Assembly (NCBI GenBank): GCA_002269645.1
Contig: NIVC01000557.1
Location: forward strand, 186,001-250,000
Length of the DNA: 64,000 nt
Direction: 5' to 3'
Origin: Macrostomum lignano
Lineage: Eukaryota
Shown here piece after piece: positions 52,701 through 63,500 of this stretch. The notes beneath the pieces were generated by a model that was not told the origin of the DNA, did no database searches, and saw only the letters and a program-made list of their open reading frames with translations. A program made the translations under genes and the position numbers. Positions within the stretch are counted from its first letter, which is position 1; every line of letters begins with the position of its first letter.

Positions 52701-55700
52701 GTGAAAAGGATCTATTGAATACGGAAGAGGATCCAATGAATTCGTGAAAAGGATCTATTGAATACGGGAAGAGGATCCAATGAATTCGTGAAAAGGATCT
52801 ATTGAATACGGAAGAGGATCCAATGAATGCGCGAAGGGGTTCTATGGGAAATAAGTTGAATCTATGTGAAGGAAACCCAACAATAATTTATCGTCTTTCG
52901 TCAAGGCGGCAATCGGCGGCAACGCTGTCGGTCAAATCAGCCGGGTAGTGGACCAGTACACGGATTTCATTTGCCTAGAAGAGGATCTATTCGTATTGCG
53001 TCACCACTCGGCCGATAGCCTCTCCTACAAAGCTTTAAATCGGCCAGACAGCAGCGACGAAGCAATGGAAGCCATGCTCAACGAGATCGCTGGTGGCCTG
53101 TTCTCCGTTTGCGTCACCCTGGGCGCCGTGCCGGTGATCCGCTGTCCTGCCGGCAACGCGGCCGAAGCTGTCGCGGCGAAGTTGGACAAAAAATTGCGCG
53201 ACAATCTGCGTGACGCTCGAAACAGTTTGTTCACTGGTGGCGGCGATTCCGCTGCTCAGTATTCGTTTCAACGGCCGCTGCTGCTGCTGCTTGATCGCAG
53301 TTTAGATTTGGCTACTATGCTGCATCATCCGTGGACTTATCAGGTTTGCGATTGGTAGATAAGTAGATTTCACTTCCGGTAGTCAGTAGTTATCAACTTC
53401 CGGTAGTCAGTAGTTATCAACTTCCGGTAGTCAGTAGTTATCAACTTCCGATAGTCAGTAGGTATCAACTTCCGGTAGTTAGTAGTTATCAACTTCCGGT
53501 AGTCAGTAGTTATCAACTTCCGGTAGTCAGTAGTTATCAACTTCCGGTAGTCAGTAGTTATCAACTTCCGGTAGTCAGTAGTTATCAACTTCCGGTAGTC
53601 AGTAGTTATCAACTTCCGGTAGTCAGTAGTTATCGATTTCCGGTAGTCAGTAGTTATCAACTTCCGGTATTCAGTAGTTATCAACTTCCGGTAGTAAGTA
53701 GTTATCAACTTCCGGTAGTTAGTAGTTATCAACTTCCGGTAGTTAGTAGTTATCAACTTCCGGTAGTCAGTAGGTATCAACTTCAGGTAGTCAGTAGTTA
53801 TCAACTTCCGGTAGTCAGTAGTTATCAACTTCAGGTAGTCAGTAAATATCACTTCCTTTGATTGGTATATTTCACTTCCGGTGCTCAGTAGATAACACTT
53901 TCGGTAGTCAGTGGGTATATCACTTCCGGTAGTCAGTGGGTATATCAGTTCCGGTAGTCAGTGGGTATATCAGTTCCGGTAGTCAGTGGGTATATCACTT
54001 CCGGTAGTCAGTGGGTATATCACTTCCGGTAGACAGAAGATATCACTTCCGGTGGTCAGTATATATCACTTCTGGTAGTCAGTAGATTTCACATCCGATC
54101 GTCAGTACGAGTAGATTTCACTTGCTGTAGTCAGTAGATTAATCTCATTGTTTAATTTACTACTTCAATAGAAGTCACTTGAATATCTGGTAAATATTGC
54201 ATACTTCCGGTCTGCTATCCCCATCTACCATCTCATCCCCCAGGCTTTAGTACACGATGTACTTGGCTCCCGCCTCAATCGAGTCGAACTACCCCAGTCT
54301 GGGCCGCCGTCTCACCAGCAGCAACAACAGAAACGAACAACAGCCTACGATCTTCTTGCAGAAGAAGACAATTTCTGGTCCGCCCAACGCGGCGCCCCAT
54401 TCCCCGAGGTGGCTGACGCTGTCAAGCGCAATTTAGAAAAGTACAAACAAGAGGAAGAGAAAGTTGGCCGATTAAAACGCAGTATGGGTTTCGACGCCGA
54501 ACTAGATGACAAAACAGTGACGGACACAATGTCCGTGTTAAACAGCGCAATGTCCGACCTGCCAGCCCTGCTAGCAATGAAACGCAGTTTAGACATGCAC
54601 ACTAATGTTGCCACCTGTCTAGCAGAGAAAATCAAAGCTCGCCAATTGGATCTGCTATTCGAATTAGAAGAGAAACTATTGGCTAAGCAGAGTCTAGATC
54701 GGCCCCTAGTTGACGTGCTGGCCGATCCAGAGGCTGGCAGTTTTGAAGACAAGCTGCGCCTACTATTAGTAGCAGTATTGAGCGACTGTCCGCAGGCCTC
54801 AGGCGCTGAATTGGATGAATTATTAAGCCAATTAAATCGTTTAGCCAGCGAGCCTTCTGCCGCACTGAGCAGCGAATCTGGCGGATTAGTGGACTGCGCC
54901 GGTCTGTTGAAAGCGGCCGCTTATCTAAGAAAATGGCGCGCTCTCAGCGGCGGCGGCAGTTATTACGTTGGCGGCGGAAGTGGCGGCAGCGGCGCTTCCG
55001 GCAGCGGCAGCGGCTGGCTAGGCGGCCTATCAAAGGGCGGCTCATTCCTGATGGAGGGCGTAAGGAATCTGGTGCTGAGGAAGCACAACCTGCCGGCCGC
55101 TCGCATTGCCGACTGTTTGATGGAGAACCGGGCCGGCCAGGCCGAAGTTGAAGAGTATCGCTACTTCGATCCGAAACTGCACCGGGTGACCGATCCGTCT
55201 CAGATTCCTAGGCAGAAGCAGCCGTTTCAGGTTTGTCGTGCTCGGGTGTCTGCTTTGTAAGAAATTTACCCCCCCCCCTCTTCACTTCCCGCTCCCTTCT
55301 TTTTGGCTAATTTCCGTCTGCATCTCTCCTCTTCTCCTAGTTCTTTCACTCTTCATCTCATCTCCTCTCTTCATCTCTCTCTTTTTGTCTCTTTTGCTTC
55401 CTGTCTCCCAACTCCCTCCCAATATTCTGCTTGGTTCCCTCTCTCCCCCTCCCTCCCTCCCATCTCCCTCTCTCTCTCCAACTGCCTCTCTCCATCTCCC
55501 TCTCTCCAACTCCCTCTCTCTCTCCATCTCCCTCTCTCCATCTCCCTCTCTCCAACTCCATCTCTCTCTCCATCTCCCTCTCTGCATCTCCCTCTCTCTC
55601 TCCAACTGCCTCTCTCCATCTCCCTCTCTCCAACTCCATCTCTCTCTCCATCTCCCTCCCTCTCTCCATCTGCCTCTCTCCATCTCCTCTCTCCAACTCC

Positions 55701-56281
55701 CTCTCTCTCCATCTCCCTCTCTCCATCTCCCTCTCTCCAACTCCATCTCTCTCCATCTCCTCTCTCCAACTCCATCTCTCTCCCTCTCTCTCTCCATCTC
55801 CCTCTCTCCATCTGCCTCTCTCCATCTCCCTCTCTCCAACTCCATCTCTCTCCATCTCCTCTCTCCAACTCCCTCTCTCTCTCCATCTCCCTCTCTCCAT
55901 CTCCCTCTCTCCACCTCTCTCTCTCCATCCCTCTGTCTCCATCTCTCTCTCCGTCTCTCTCTCCATATCCCTCTCTCTCTAAGTCCCTCTCTCCATCTTC
56001 AACACCGCCGCTGTTCTAATATCGTTGGTATCATATTTTGTCACCCACGAAACAAAACCAAACAGGAGGCGATCGTATTCGTAGTTGGCGGCGGCAACTA
56101 TATTGAATATCAGAATCTGGTTGATTTGCGTCGAACTTCAAAATCATCCGGCGTTACGGGCGCCGGCGGAGGCGGCGGCGGCAGCGGCGGCGGTGGCAGG
56201 CGGATCACCTACGGCAGCACCCAGCTGGTGACCGGGTGTCAGTTTCTGCTACAGCTGGCTGAATTGGGTCAGCTCACCTGA
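49738..56281 (+). CDS. SCFD1: Sec1 family domain-containing 1 / Sly1 (exons 49738-49911, 50753-51016, 52906-53343, 54244-55230, 56066-56281; ~692 aa)
   Basis: EPQWK|VLIYD..GQDMISPLL, YESYHLNFISPISRSKLEDLA, KLDKKLRDNLRDARNSLF, QRPLLLLLDRSLDLATMLHHPWTYQ, GAPFPEVA, YRYFDPK, EAIVFVVGGGNYIEYQNL. All introns are phase 0. AATAAA at 56335. Confidence 0.96.
50040..50660. repeat. 28-bp palindrome-rich minisatellite (ACATTGAGAATCGCTTCTCGAGACTCTC)n, SCFD1 intron 1
   Basis: Direct reading. Confidence 0.93.
51040..52830. repeat. Purine-rich ~21-22-bp array (GGGATCTAGGGGATACAGGAA-like) then ~43-44-bp array (GAGGATCCAATGAATTCGTGAAAAGGATCTATTGAATACGGAA), SCFD1 intron 2
   Basis: Direct reading. Confidence 0.9.
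53368..54125. repeat. 24-bp minisatellite (GTTATCAACTTCCGGTAGTCAGTA)n, SCFD1 intron 3
   Basis: Direct reading. Confidence 0.93.
55300..55995. repeat. CT-rich simple repeat, SCFD1 intron 4
   Basis: Direct reading. Confidence 0.92.
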
Positions 56282-57229
56282 GCTTATTATTGGCTAATTA
56301 TTGTTCTTATAGTTTCTGACAAGTCAATGACAATAATAAAATCAACTGTTGGATCTAAATATAATTCACAAGCTCCTGATTTGCTAGCAGATTTTTATTT
56401 GATGCGATTATAAGTTCTATGTAAAAATTATATTAAAATGAAATGATAATACAGTTTATTTCAAAATTTTATTTCACTTCTTTGTCTGGTTAATAAGGTG
56501 GATTGTGTCATCTGTCTCGTTGTTTTTTCTCGTTTTTTTCATATTATTGCATGCTCCAACTATGCTACTTATGTCTTAGTTCGGAGAGATAGTAGTAAGT
56601 GATGCTTTTCCGCATTCGGACTAGGTGGGGAAATATTAAGTTATTTGTAATTGCTTTCAATTTTGTGACTCATTTCGTTTGTAGTACTTTATGTCTGTGT
56701 CTGTCCCTCATATCCATGTGTGTTATTTATTTGTGCATATAACAGCAAATCCTTTAATCGTCCCGTGTGTTTTCATTTCTGACAAATAATTGCTTAATTG
56801 CTGCTGCTATGCTGACTACAGTATACTCGTGGGTCAGCAATTTCGTCTTGTTTATTTTGCAGCTAATGATAATAAGAGTATATTCATACGTATTGTAAGA
56901 GAAATTTCATAAAAAGTACATAAGTGAAATTCGGTGCACGGGTAGCTACAAAAAACAAGTTTAAAAAATATTTTTGCCTTTATTCATTAAAATGAACCTC
57001 AATGCATTCAGATGCAAATTGAATGCTTAAATATTTTGTCTCCATACCAAAATATCTTTATAATTAAACGGAATCTTCTGACAATACGTGTTTAAAAATC
57101 TTTGAACGTCATTCAAACTTGGATGACAAAGTGACGAAGTCTCTATCGCTCCGCATTGCAGCTCAAGGCAGAGACGGGCTTCGAGCATCGGCATCTCAGC
57201 ACGGATTGTAGCCCCACAGTTTCTCAGAG

Positions 57230-58504
57230 ATGCGCCGGGGCTCTGTCGCCTGCCCGTTTTGTCCCAGGCGGTTCTGCCGCACCCGACCGGCAGCGGCGCA
57301 ATACTTGCGTCATGTGCGGTCACACGGAATTGGCTACGACTCGGAGCCTGAGGAGACGGCTGCGACCAACTCAGAAGCTGGCAGAGCGGCGGCGGTCGAG
57401 CAGGTCGCGTCTCGCAATGAGTCAGCGATGAAGCCGTGTACAGATGGCAGTCGTGCAGTGACAAATCGTGCTCAGGGTCTCCAGAAGCCGTTCCAGTGCG
57501 ACACTTGTCAAAAGAAGTTCTCCAGGAGAAGCTATCTCAATGCTCACATTAGTGTGGTGCACAGGAAGGCAACACCGCACAAATGCAAGCGGTGTGAAAA
57601 GTCCTTCTCAGCGAAACCCGATCTGCACTTGCACAGCCGGTCTCACACTGGTGAGAGACCGTTTGAGTGCAAGGTGTGCGGCAAGAGATTCAGTGACAGC
57701 AGCAGCCTTACTACACACTCCAGGCAGCACACAGGAGAAAAGCCATTTGAGTGCAAAGTGTGTGGCAAGAGATTCAGTGACAGCAGCAGCCTTACTACAC
57801 ACTCCAGGCTGCACACGGGAGAAAAGTCATTTGAGTGCAAAGTGTGCGGCAAGAGATTCAGTGTCAGCAGCAGCCTTACTACACACTCCAGGCTGCATAC
57901 AGGAGAAAAGCCATTTGAGTGCAAAGTGTGCGGCAAGAGATTCAGTGTCAGCAGCAGCCTTACTACACACTCCAGGCAGCACACAGGAGAAAAGCCGTTT
58001 GAGTGCAAAGTGTGCGGCAAGAGATTCAGTGTCAGCAGCCATCTCACTAGGCACTCAAGGCTGCACACAGGAGAAAAGCCATTTGAGTGCAAAGTGTGCG
58101 GCAAGAGATTCAGTGTCAGCAGCAGCCTTACTACACACTCCAGGCTGCACACAGGAGAAAAGCCGTTTGAGTGCAAAGTATGCGGCAAGAGATTCAGTGA
58201 CAGCAGCAATCTCACAACGCACTCAAGGCTGCACACAGGAGAAAAGCCATTTGAGTGCAAAGTGTGCGGCAAGAGATTCAGTGACAGCAGCCATCTTACT
58301 GGGCACTTAAGGCAGCACACAGGAGAAAAGCCATTTGAGTGCAAAGTGTGCAGCAAGAGATTCAGTGTCAGCAGCCATCTCACTAGGCACTCAAGGCTGC
58401 ACACAGGAGAAAAGCCATTTGAGTGCAAAGTGTGCGGCAAGAGATTCAGTGACAGCAGCCATCTTACCAGGCACTCAAGGCTCCACACAAGAAAAGCCAT
58501 TTGA
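57230..58504 (+). CDS. C2H2 zinc-finger protein A (12 tandem fingers plus a degenerate N-terminal finger; last finger lost by frameshift)
   Basis: [24 protein letters not shown] repeats with an 84-bp unit. The 5' start may be spliced (cccacag / tttctcag acceptors just upstream). Confidence 0.9.
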   Translation: MRRGSVACPFCPRRFCRTRPAAAQYLRHVRSHGIGYDSEPEETAATNSEAGRAAAVEQVASRNESAMKPCTDGSRAVTNRAQGLQKPFQCDTCQKKFSRRSYLNAHISVVHRKATPHKCKRCEKSFSAKPDLHLHSRSHTGERPFECKVCGKRFSDSSSLTTHSRQHTGEKPFECKVCGKRFSDSSSLTTHSRLHTGEKSFECKVCGKRFSVSSSLTTHSRLHTGEKPFECKVCGKRFSVSSSLTTHSRQHTGEKPFECKVCGKRFSVSSHLTRHSRLHTGEKPFECKVCGKRFSVSSSLTTHSRLHTGEKPFECKVCGKRFSDSSNLTTHSRLHTGEKPFECKVCGKRFSDSSHLTGHLRQHTGEKPFECKVCSKRFSVSSHLTRHSRLHTGEKPFECKVCGKRFSDSSHLTRHSRLHTRKAI

Positions 58505-58744
58505 GTGCAAAGTGTGCGGCAAGAAATTCAATCAAGTCAACAATCTTAAGTGGCACTCCGACTGCACTTTCTGTAGCGAATATTCACCCTTGCGGCGCTC
58601 CGTCATTGCTGACGTGCACAATCGGTCTTGGTCGTTAGTGTGCTCGGAATCCTTTAGCAGCTTTTTTGTTGTTTTATTCATGATCTTTGAACTTTATTGA
58701 ATTCTCTTAAAGTGATGCATTCGGAAGCTAATCCAATATCCAAT

Positions 58745-58930
58745 TAGTGACAGAACTTAATGGCCAGTTAGTGACAGCACTTAATGACCAGTTAGTTACA
58801 GCACTCAATGACTAGTTTGTGACAGCACTTAATGACCAGTTAGTTACAGCACTCAATGACTAGTTTGTGACAGCACTTAATGACCAGTTATAGACAGCAC
58901 TCAATGACTAGTTAGTGGCAGCACTCAATG
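58745..58930. repeat. 24-bp minisatellite (GACCAGTTAGTGACAGCACTCAAT)n; also 59993-60465 and 62650-63110
   Basis: Direct reading. It follows each ZF 3' end. Confidence 0.92.
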
Positions 58931-59739
58931 CAGAACACGGGATCTATTTTTCTCTAGCACTGCAGTCGGCAGAACTCCATTAAAGTCCCTTTGTTCGCAG
59001 TCAACAGCAGATACTTTTAGGTTGCCACGCTCAACGCTAAAACTAGGCGATTGAAGTGGGACATCGCTTGATCGTGACTCGTTTAACGATTGGATTAGGC
59101 TTTTTGCTTCGGTAGAGATGACGCGTGAGGCATTCTCCACATCCAAAATGGCGCTCACTTCATCACTTGTTAGCTTCCGGGGTTGATTGTCGCTGCTCAC
59201 TTCAGCAGAAGATCGTTTACTAGAGCATCCAACAGGCCGTTTTCGAGCGCCTTGCTGAATCCAATTCCAGGCACAGGCAAGTGTACCGATTGAACATTCG
59301 CCCACGGCCACGGAGTTGGCATACAAAGTCGATTTCTTCGCGCTGCAACCCAGAAATCTCTCGTCCTTCTATACAGGAGTAGTCTATCATTTTCTCAGAA
59401 CGTTCGGGTCAGGAGTCAATTGAATAAATTTTAATAAAAAGTTAGACCAATTAATACTTTGTCAGTCGCTCTTTTAGGCTCGGAACTACAAGCTAAAATG
59501 AAATACAGTTTGCATTTTGTACCATAGACAAATTCCATTTTCTTGCGGGCCGAGAATCAGGACTTGCACTGAACTTAGACTGAAGCGAATGCAGTTTGAC
59601 TTGACTTGCGGGCCGAAGAATGTCGTTTCTCGGCCCGCCCGCAAAATCAAGAAGGAATACAAATCCAGCAGGCCAGCTTCGCGGCCCTCGGATTCTCCTC
59701 CTTTCTGCCCTAGAAAGCCTGAAAGATTTATACATTCTA

Positions 59740-59990
59740 GTGCAAAATGTGTGGCAAGAGATTCAATCAAATCAGCAATCTTAAAAAGCACTCCGAGCAG
59801 CACTTTCTGTCGCGAATATTCACCTTTGCGGCGCTCCGTCATTGCCGACGTGAGCAATCTGTCTTGGTCCTTATTGTGCGCCAAGTGTTTGCTCGCAATC
59901 CCTTAGCAGCTTTTTGTCGTTTTATTCATGATCTTCGGACTTTGTTGAATTCTCTTAAAGTGATGCATTCGTAAGCTAATCCAATAACCA
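59740..59990 (+). pseudogene. 5'-truncated relic of a third ZF paralog (terminal finger + 3' UTR)
   Basis: KMCGKRFNQISNLKKHSEQHF followed by sequence homologous to the ends of ZF A and ZF C. Confidence 0.75.
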
Positions 59991-61302
59991 TATAGTGACA
60001 GCACCTAATGACCAGTTAGTGACAGCACTTACTAAGTGCAAAGTAACAGCATTTAGTGACAGCACTCGACCAGTTAGTGACAGCACTCAATTACTAGTTA
60101 GTGACAGCACTTGATGACCAGTTAGTGAAAGCACTTAATGACCAGTTAGTGACAGCACTTAATGACCAGTTAGTGAGAGCACTTGATGACCAGTTAGTGA
60201 CAGCACTTAATGTCCAGTTAGTGACAGCACTTGATGACCAGTTAGTGACAGCACTTAATGTCCAGTTAGTGAGAGCACTTGATGACCAGTTAGTGACAGC
60301 ACTCAATGACCAGTTAGTGACAGCAATTAATGACCAGTTAGTGACAGCACTCAATGACCAGTTAGTGACAGCACTCAATGACCAGTTAGTGACAGCACTC
60401 AATGACCAGTTAGTGACAGCACTCAATGACCAGTTAGTGACACTGACAGCAATCAATGACCAGTAGGCACTGCATATACTATACTGCACTGTAATGCTAG
60501 ACCAGCTTTTTACTTTGTTTTCCTGCCAAAGGTATCCAATTGTTTTCCAATCATTTCATTACTTACTGTAGAATTACTTAGCACTTAAACTTTTTCTTTG
60601 ACTCCCTAACTTGCGTTTCAATTTTGTGCAATCAAGCGTTATTATCGAACCTTTTCTCCCCTGTATTTATAAATTACACCGGTGGCATTCAAATTTTACT
60701 TGTTTTCTTTACTAATTGGTTTGTTTAAATGTTTGCCAGGATATTTTAATTGCTTTTTAATGACTTAATAGGCAACGTAAACTCATCCATGTGTGTTATT
60801 TATTTGTGCATATAACAGCAAATCGTTGAATCGCCCCGTGTGTTTTCATTTCTGACAAATGATTGCTTAATTGCTGCTGCTATGCTGACTACAGTATACT
60901 CGTGGGTCAGCAATTTCGTCTTGTTAATTTTGCAGCAAATGATAATAAGAGTATATTCATATGTATTGTAGGAGAAATTTCATAAAAAGTACATAAGTGA
61001 AATTCGGTGCACGGGTAGCAACAAAAAAACCAGTTTAAAAATATTTTGCCTTTATTCTTTCAATATGAACCTCAATGCATTCAGATGCAAATTGAATGCT
61101 TAAATATTTTGTCTCCATACTAAAATATCTTTATCATTAAACTGAATCTTCTGACAATACGTGTTTAAAAATCTTTGAACGTCATTCAAACTTGGATGAC
61201 AAAGTGACGAAGTCTCTATCGCTCCGCATTGCAGCTCAAGGCAGAGACGGGCTTCGAGCATCGGCATCTCAGCACGGATTGTAGCCCCACAGTTTCTCAG
61301 AG

Positions 61303-62607
61303 ATGCGCCGGGGCTCTGTCGCCTGCCCGTTTTGTCCCAGGCGGTTCTGCCGCACCCGACCGGCAGCGGCGCAATACTTGCGTCATGTGCGGTCACACGG
61401 AATTGGCTACGACTCGGAGCCTGAGGAGACGGCTGCGACCAACTCAGAAGCTGGCAGAGCGGCGGCGGTCGAGCAGGTCGCGTCTCGCAATGAGTCAGCG
61501 ATGAAGCCGTGTACAGATGGCAGTCGTGCAGTGACAAATCGTGCTCAGGGTCTCCAGAAGCCGTTCCAGTGCGACACTTGTCAAAAGAAGTTCTCCAGGA
61601 GAAGCTATCTCAATGCTCACATTAGTGTGGTGCACAGGAAGGCAACACCGCACAAATGCAAGCGGTGTGGGAAGTCCTTCTCAGCGAAACCTGATCTGCA
61701 CGTGCACAGCCGGTCTCACACTGGTGAGAGACCGTTTGAGTGCAAGGTGTGCGGCAAGAGATTCAGTGACAGCAGCAGCCTTACTACACACTCCAGGCTG
61801 CACATAGGAGAAAAGCCATTTGAGTGCAAAGTGTGCGGCAAGAGATTCAGTGTCAGCAGCCATCTTACTACACACTCCAGGCAGCACACAGGAGAAAAGC
61901 CATTTGAGTGCAAAGTGTGCGGCAAGAGATTCAGTGTCAGCAGCAGCCTTACTACACACTCCAGGCAGCACACAGGAGAAAAGCCGTTTGAGTGCAAAGT
62001 ATGCGGCAAGAGATTCAGTGACAGCAGCAATCTCACAACGCACTCAAGGCTGCACACAGGAGAAAAGCCATTTGAGTGCAAAGTGTGCGGCAAGAGATTC
62101 AGTGTCAGCAGCAGCCTTACTACACACTCCAGGCAGCACACAGGAGAAAAGCCATTTGAGTGCAAGGTGTGCGGCAAGAGATTCAGTGTCAACAGCTGTC
62201 TCACTAGGCACTTAAGGCTGCATACAGGAGAAAAGCCATTTGAGTGCAAGGTGTGCGGCAAGAGATTCAGTGACAGCAGCTGTCTCACTAAACACTTAAG
62301 GCTGCATACAGGAGAAAAGCCATTTGAGTGCAAAGTGTGCAGCAAGAGATTCAGTGTCAGCAGCCATCTCACTAGGCACTCAAGGCTGCACACAGGAGAA
62401 AAGCCATTTGAGTGCAAAGTGTGCGGCAAGAGATTCAATCAAGTCAGCAATCTTAAGTGGCACTCCGACTGCACTTTCTGTAGCGAATATTCACCCTTGC
62501 GGCGCTCCGTCATTGCCGACGTGCACAATCGATCTTGGTCTTTAGTGTGCTCGGAATCCTTTAGCAGCTTTTTAGTTGTTTTATTCATGATCTTTAGACT
62601 TTGTTGA
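61303..62607 (+). CDS. C2H2 zinc-finger protein C (10 canonical fingers + atypical terminal finger)
   Basis: Paralog of 57230-58504 with an identical N-terminus and a different finger order and number. Confidence 0.9.
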   Translation: MRRGSVACPFCPRRFCRTRPAAAQYLRHVRSHGIGYDSEPEETAATNSEAGRAAAVEQVASRNESAMKPCTDGSRAVTNRAQGLQKPFQCDTCQKKFSRRSYLNAHISVVHRKATPHKCKRCGKSFSAKPDLHVHSRSHTGERPFECKVCGKRFSDSSSLTTHSRLHIGEKPFECKVCGKRFSVSSHLTTHSRQHTGEKPFECKVCGKRFSVSSSLTTHSRQHTGEKPFECKVCGKRFSDSSNLTTHSRLHTGEKPFECKVCGKRFSVSSSLTTHSRQHTGEKPFECKVCGKRFSVNSCLTRHLRLHTGEKPFECKVCGKRFSDSSCLTKHLRLHTGEKPFECKVCSKRFSVSSHLTRHSRLHTGEKPFECKVCGKRFNQVSNLKWHSDCTFCSEYSPLRRSVIADVHNRSWSLVCSESFSSFLVVLFMIFRLC

Positions 62608-63107
62608 ATTCTCTTAAAGTGATGCATTCGGAAGCTAATCCAATATCCAATTAGTGACAGAACCTAATGGCCAGTTAGTGACAGCACTTAATGACCAGTT
62701 AATGACAACACTCAATGACCAGTTAGTGACAGCACTCAATGACCAGTTAGTGACAGCACTCAATGACCAGTTAGGACAGCAATCAATGTCCAGTTAGTGA
62801 CAGCACTCAATGACCAGTTAGTGACAGCACTCAATGACTAGTTTGTGACAGCACTCAATGAGCAGTTAGTGACAGCACTCAATGACCAGTTAGTGACAGC
62901 ACTCAATGACCAGTTAGTGACAGCACTCAATGAGCAGTTAGTGACAGCACTCAATGACCAGTTAGTGACAGCACTCAATGACCAGTTAGTGACAGCACTC
63001 AATGACCAGTTAGTGACAGCACTGAATGACCAGTTAGTGACAGCACTCAATGACCAGTTAGGACAGCAATCAATGTCCAATTCGTGACAGCACTCAATGA
63101 CCAGTTA

Positions 63108-63500
63108 GTGGCATTCAAATTTTACTTGTTTTCTTTTTAATTGGTTTGTTTAAATGTTTGCCAGGATATTTTAATTGCTTTTTTAATGACTTAATAGGCA
63201 ACGTAAACTCATCCATGTGTGTTATTTATTTGTGCATATAACAGCAAATCCTTTAATCGTCCCGTGTGTTTTCATTTCTGACAAATAATTGCTTAATTGC
63301 TGCTGCTATGCTGACTACAGTATACTCGTGGGTCAGCAATTTCGTCTTGTTTATTTTGCAGCAAATGATAATACGAATATATTCATATGTATTGTAGGAG
63401 AAATTTCGCATGCTAATGTCTTAAAAAAGTAAATTGGTGAAATTCGGTGCATGGGTAGAAAAAAATTGAAAAAAAATTTTGCCTTTGTTTTTTCAATATG
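63108..63500 (+). repeat. Partial fourth copy of the ZF-unit upstream region (no coding part follows)
   Basis: gtggcattcaaattttacttg...catccatgtgtgttatttatttgtgc matches 60682 onward and 56712 onward, then diverges at ~63500. Confidence 0.8.

Noticed and set aside
50040-52830. CRISPR-like arrays (28-bp palindromic unit; 44-bp unit)
   Set aside because: The units are head-to-tail with no unique spacers, there are no cas genes, and they lie in eukaryotic introns.
53370-53852. (TTDYRKLI)n and, at 60101-60466 and 62845-63087, (VTALNDQL)n repeat proteins
   Set aside because: The 24-bp satellites are a multiple of 3 and so stay open by construction. They are intronic or intergenic and have no splice or start context.
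57468-58700. Alternative-frame and antisense ORFs over the ZF arrays (also 61541-62545)
   Set aside because: They are by-products of the 84-bp periodicity of the C2H2 array.
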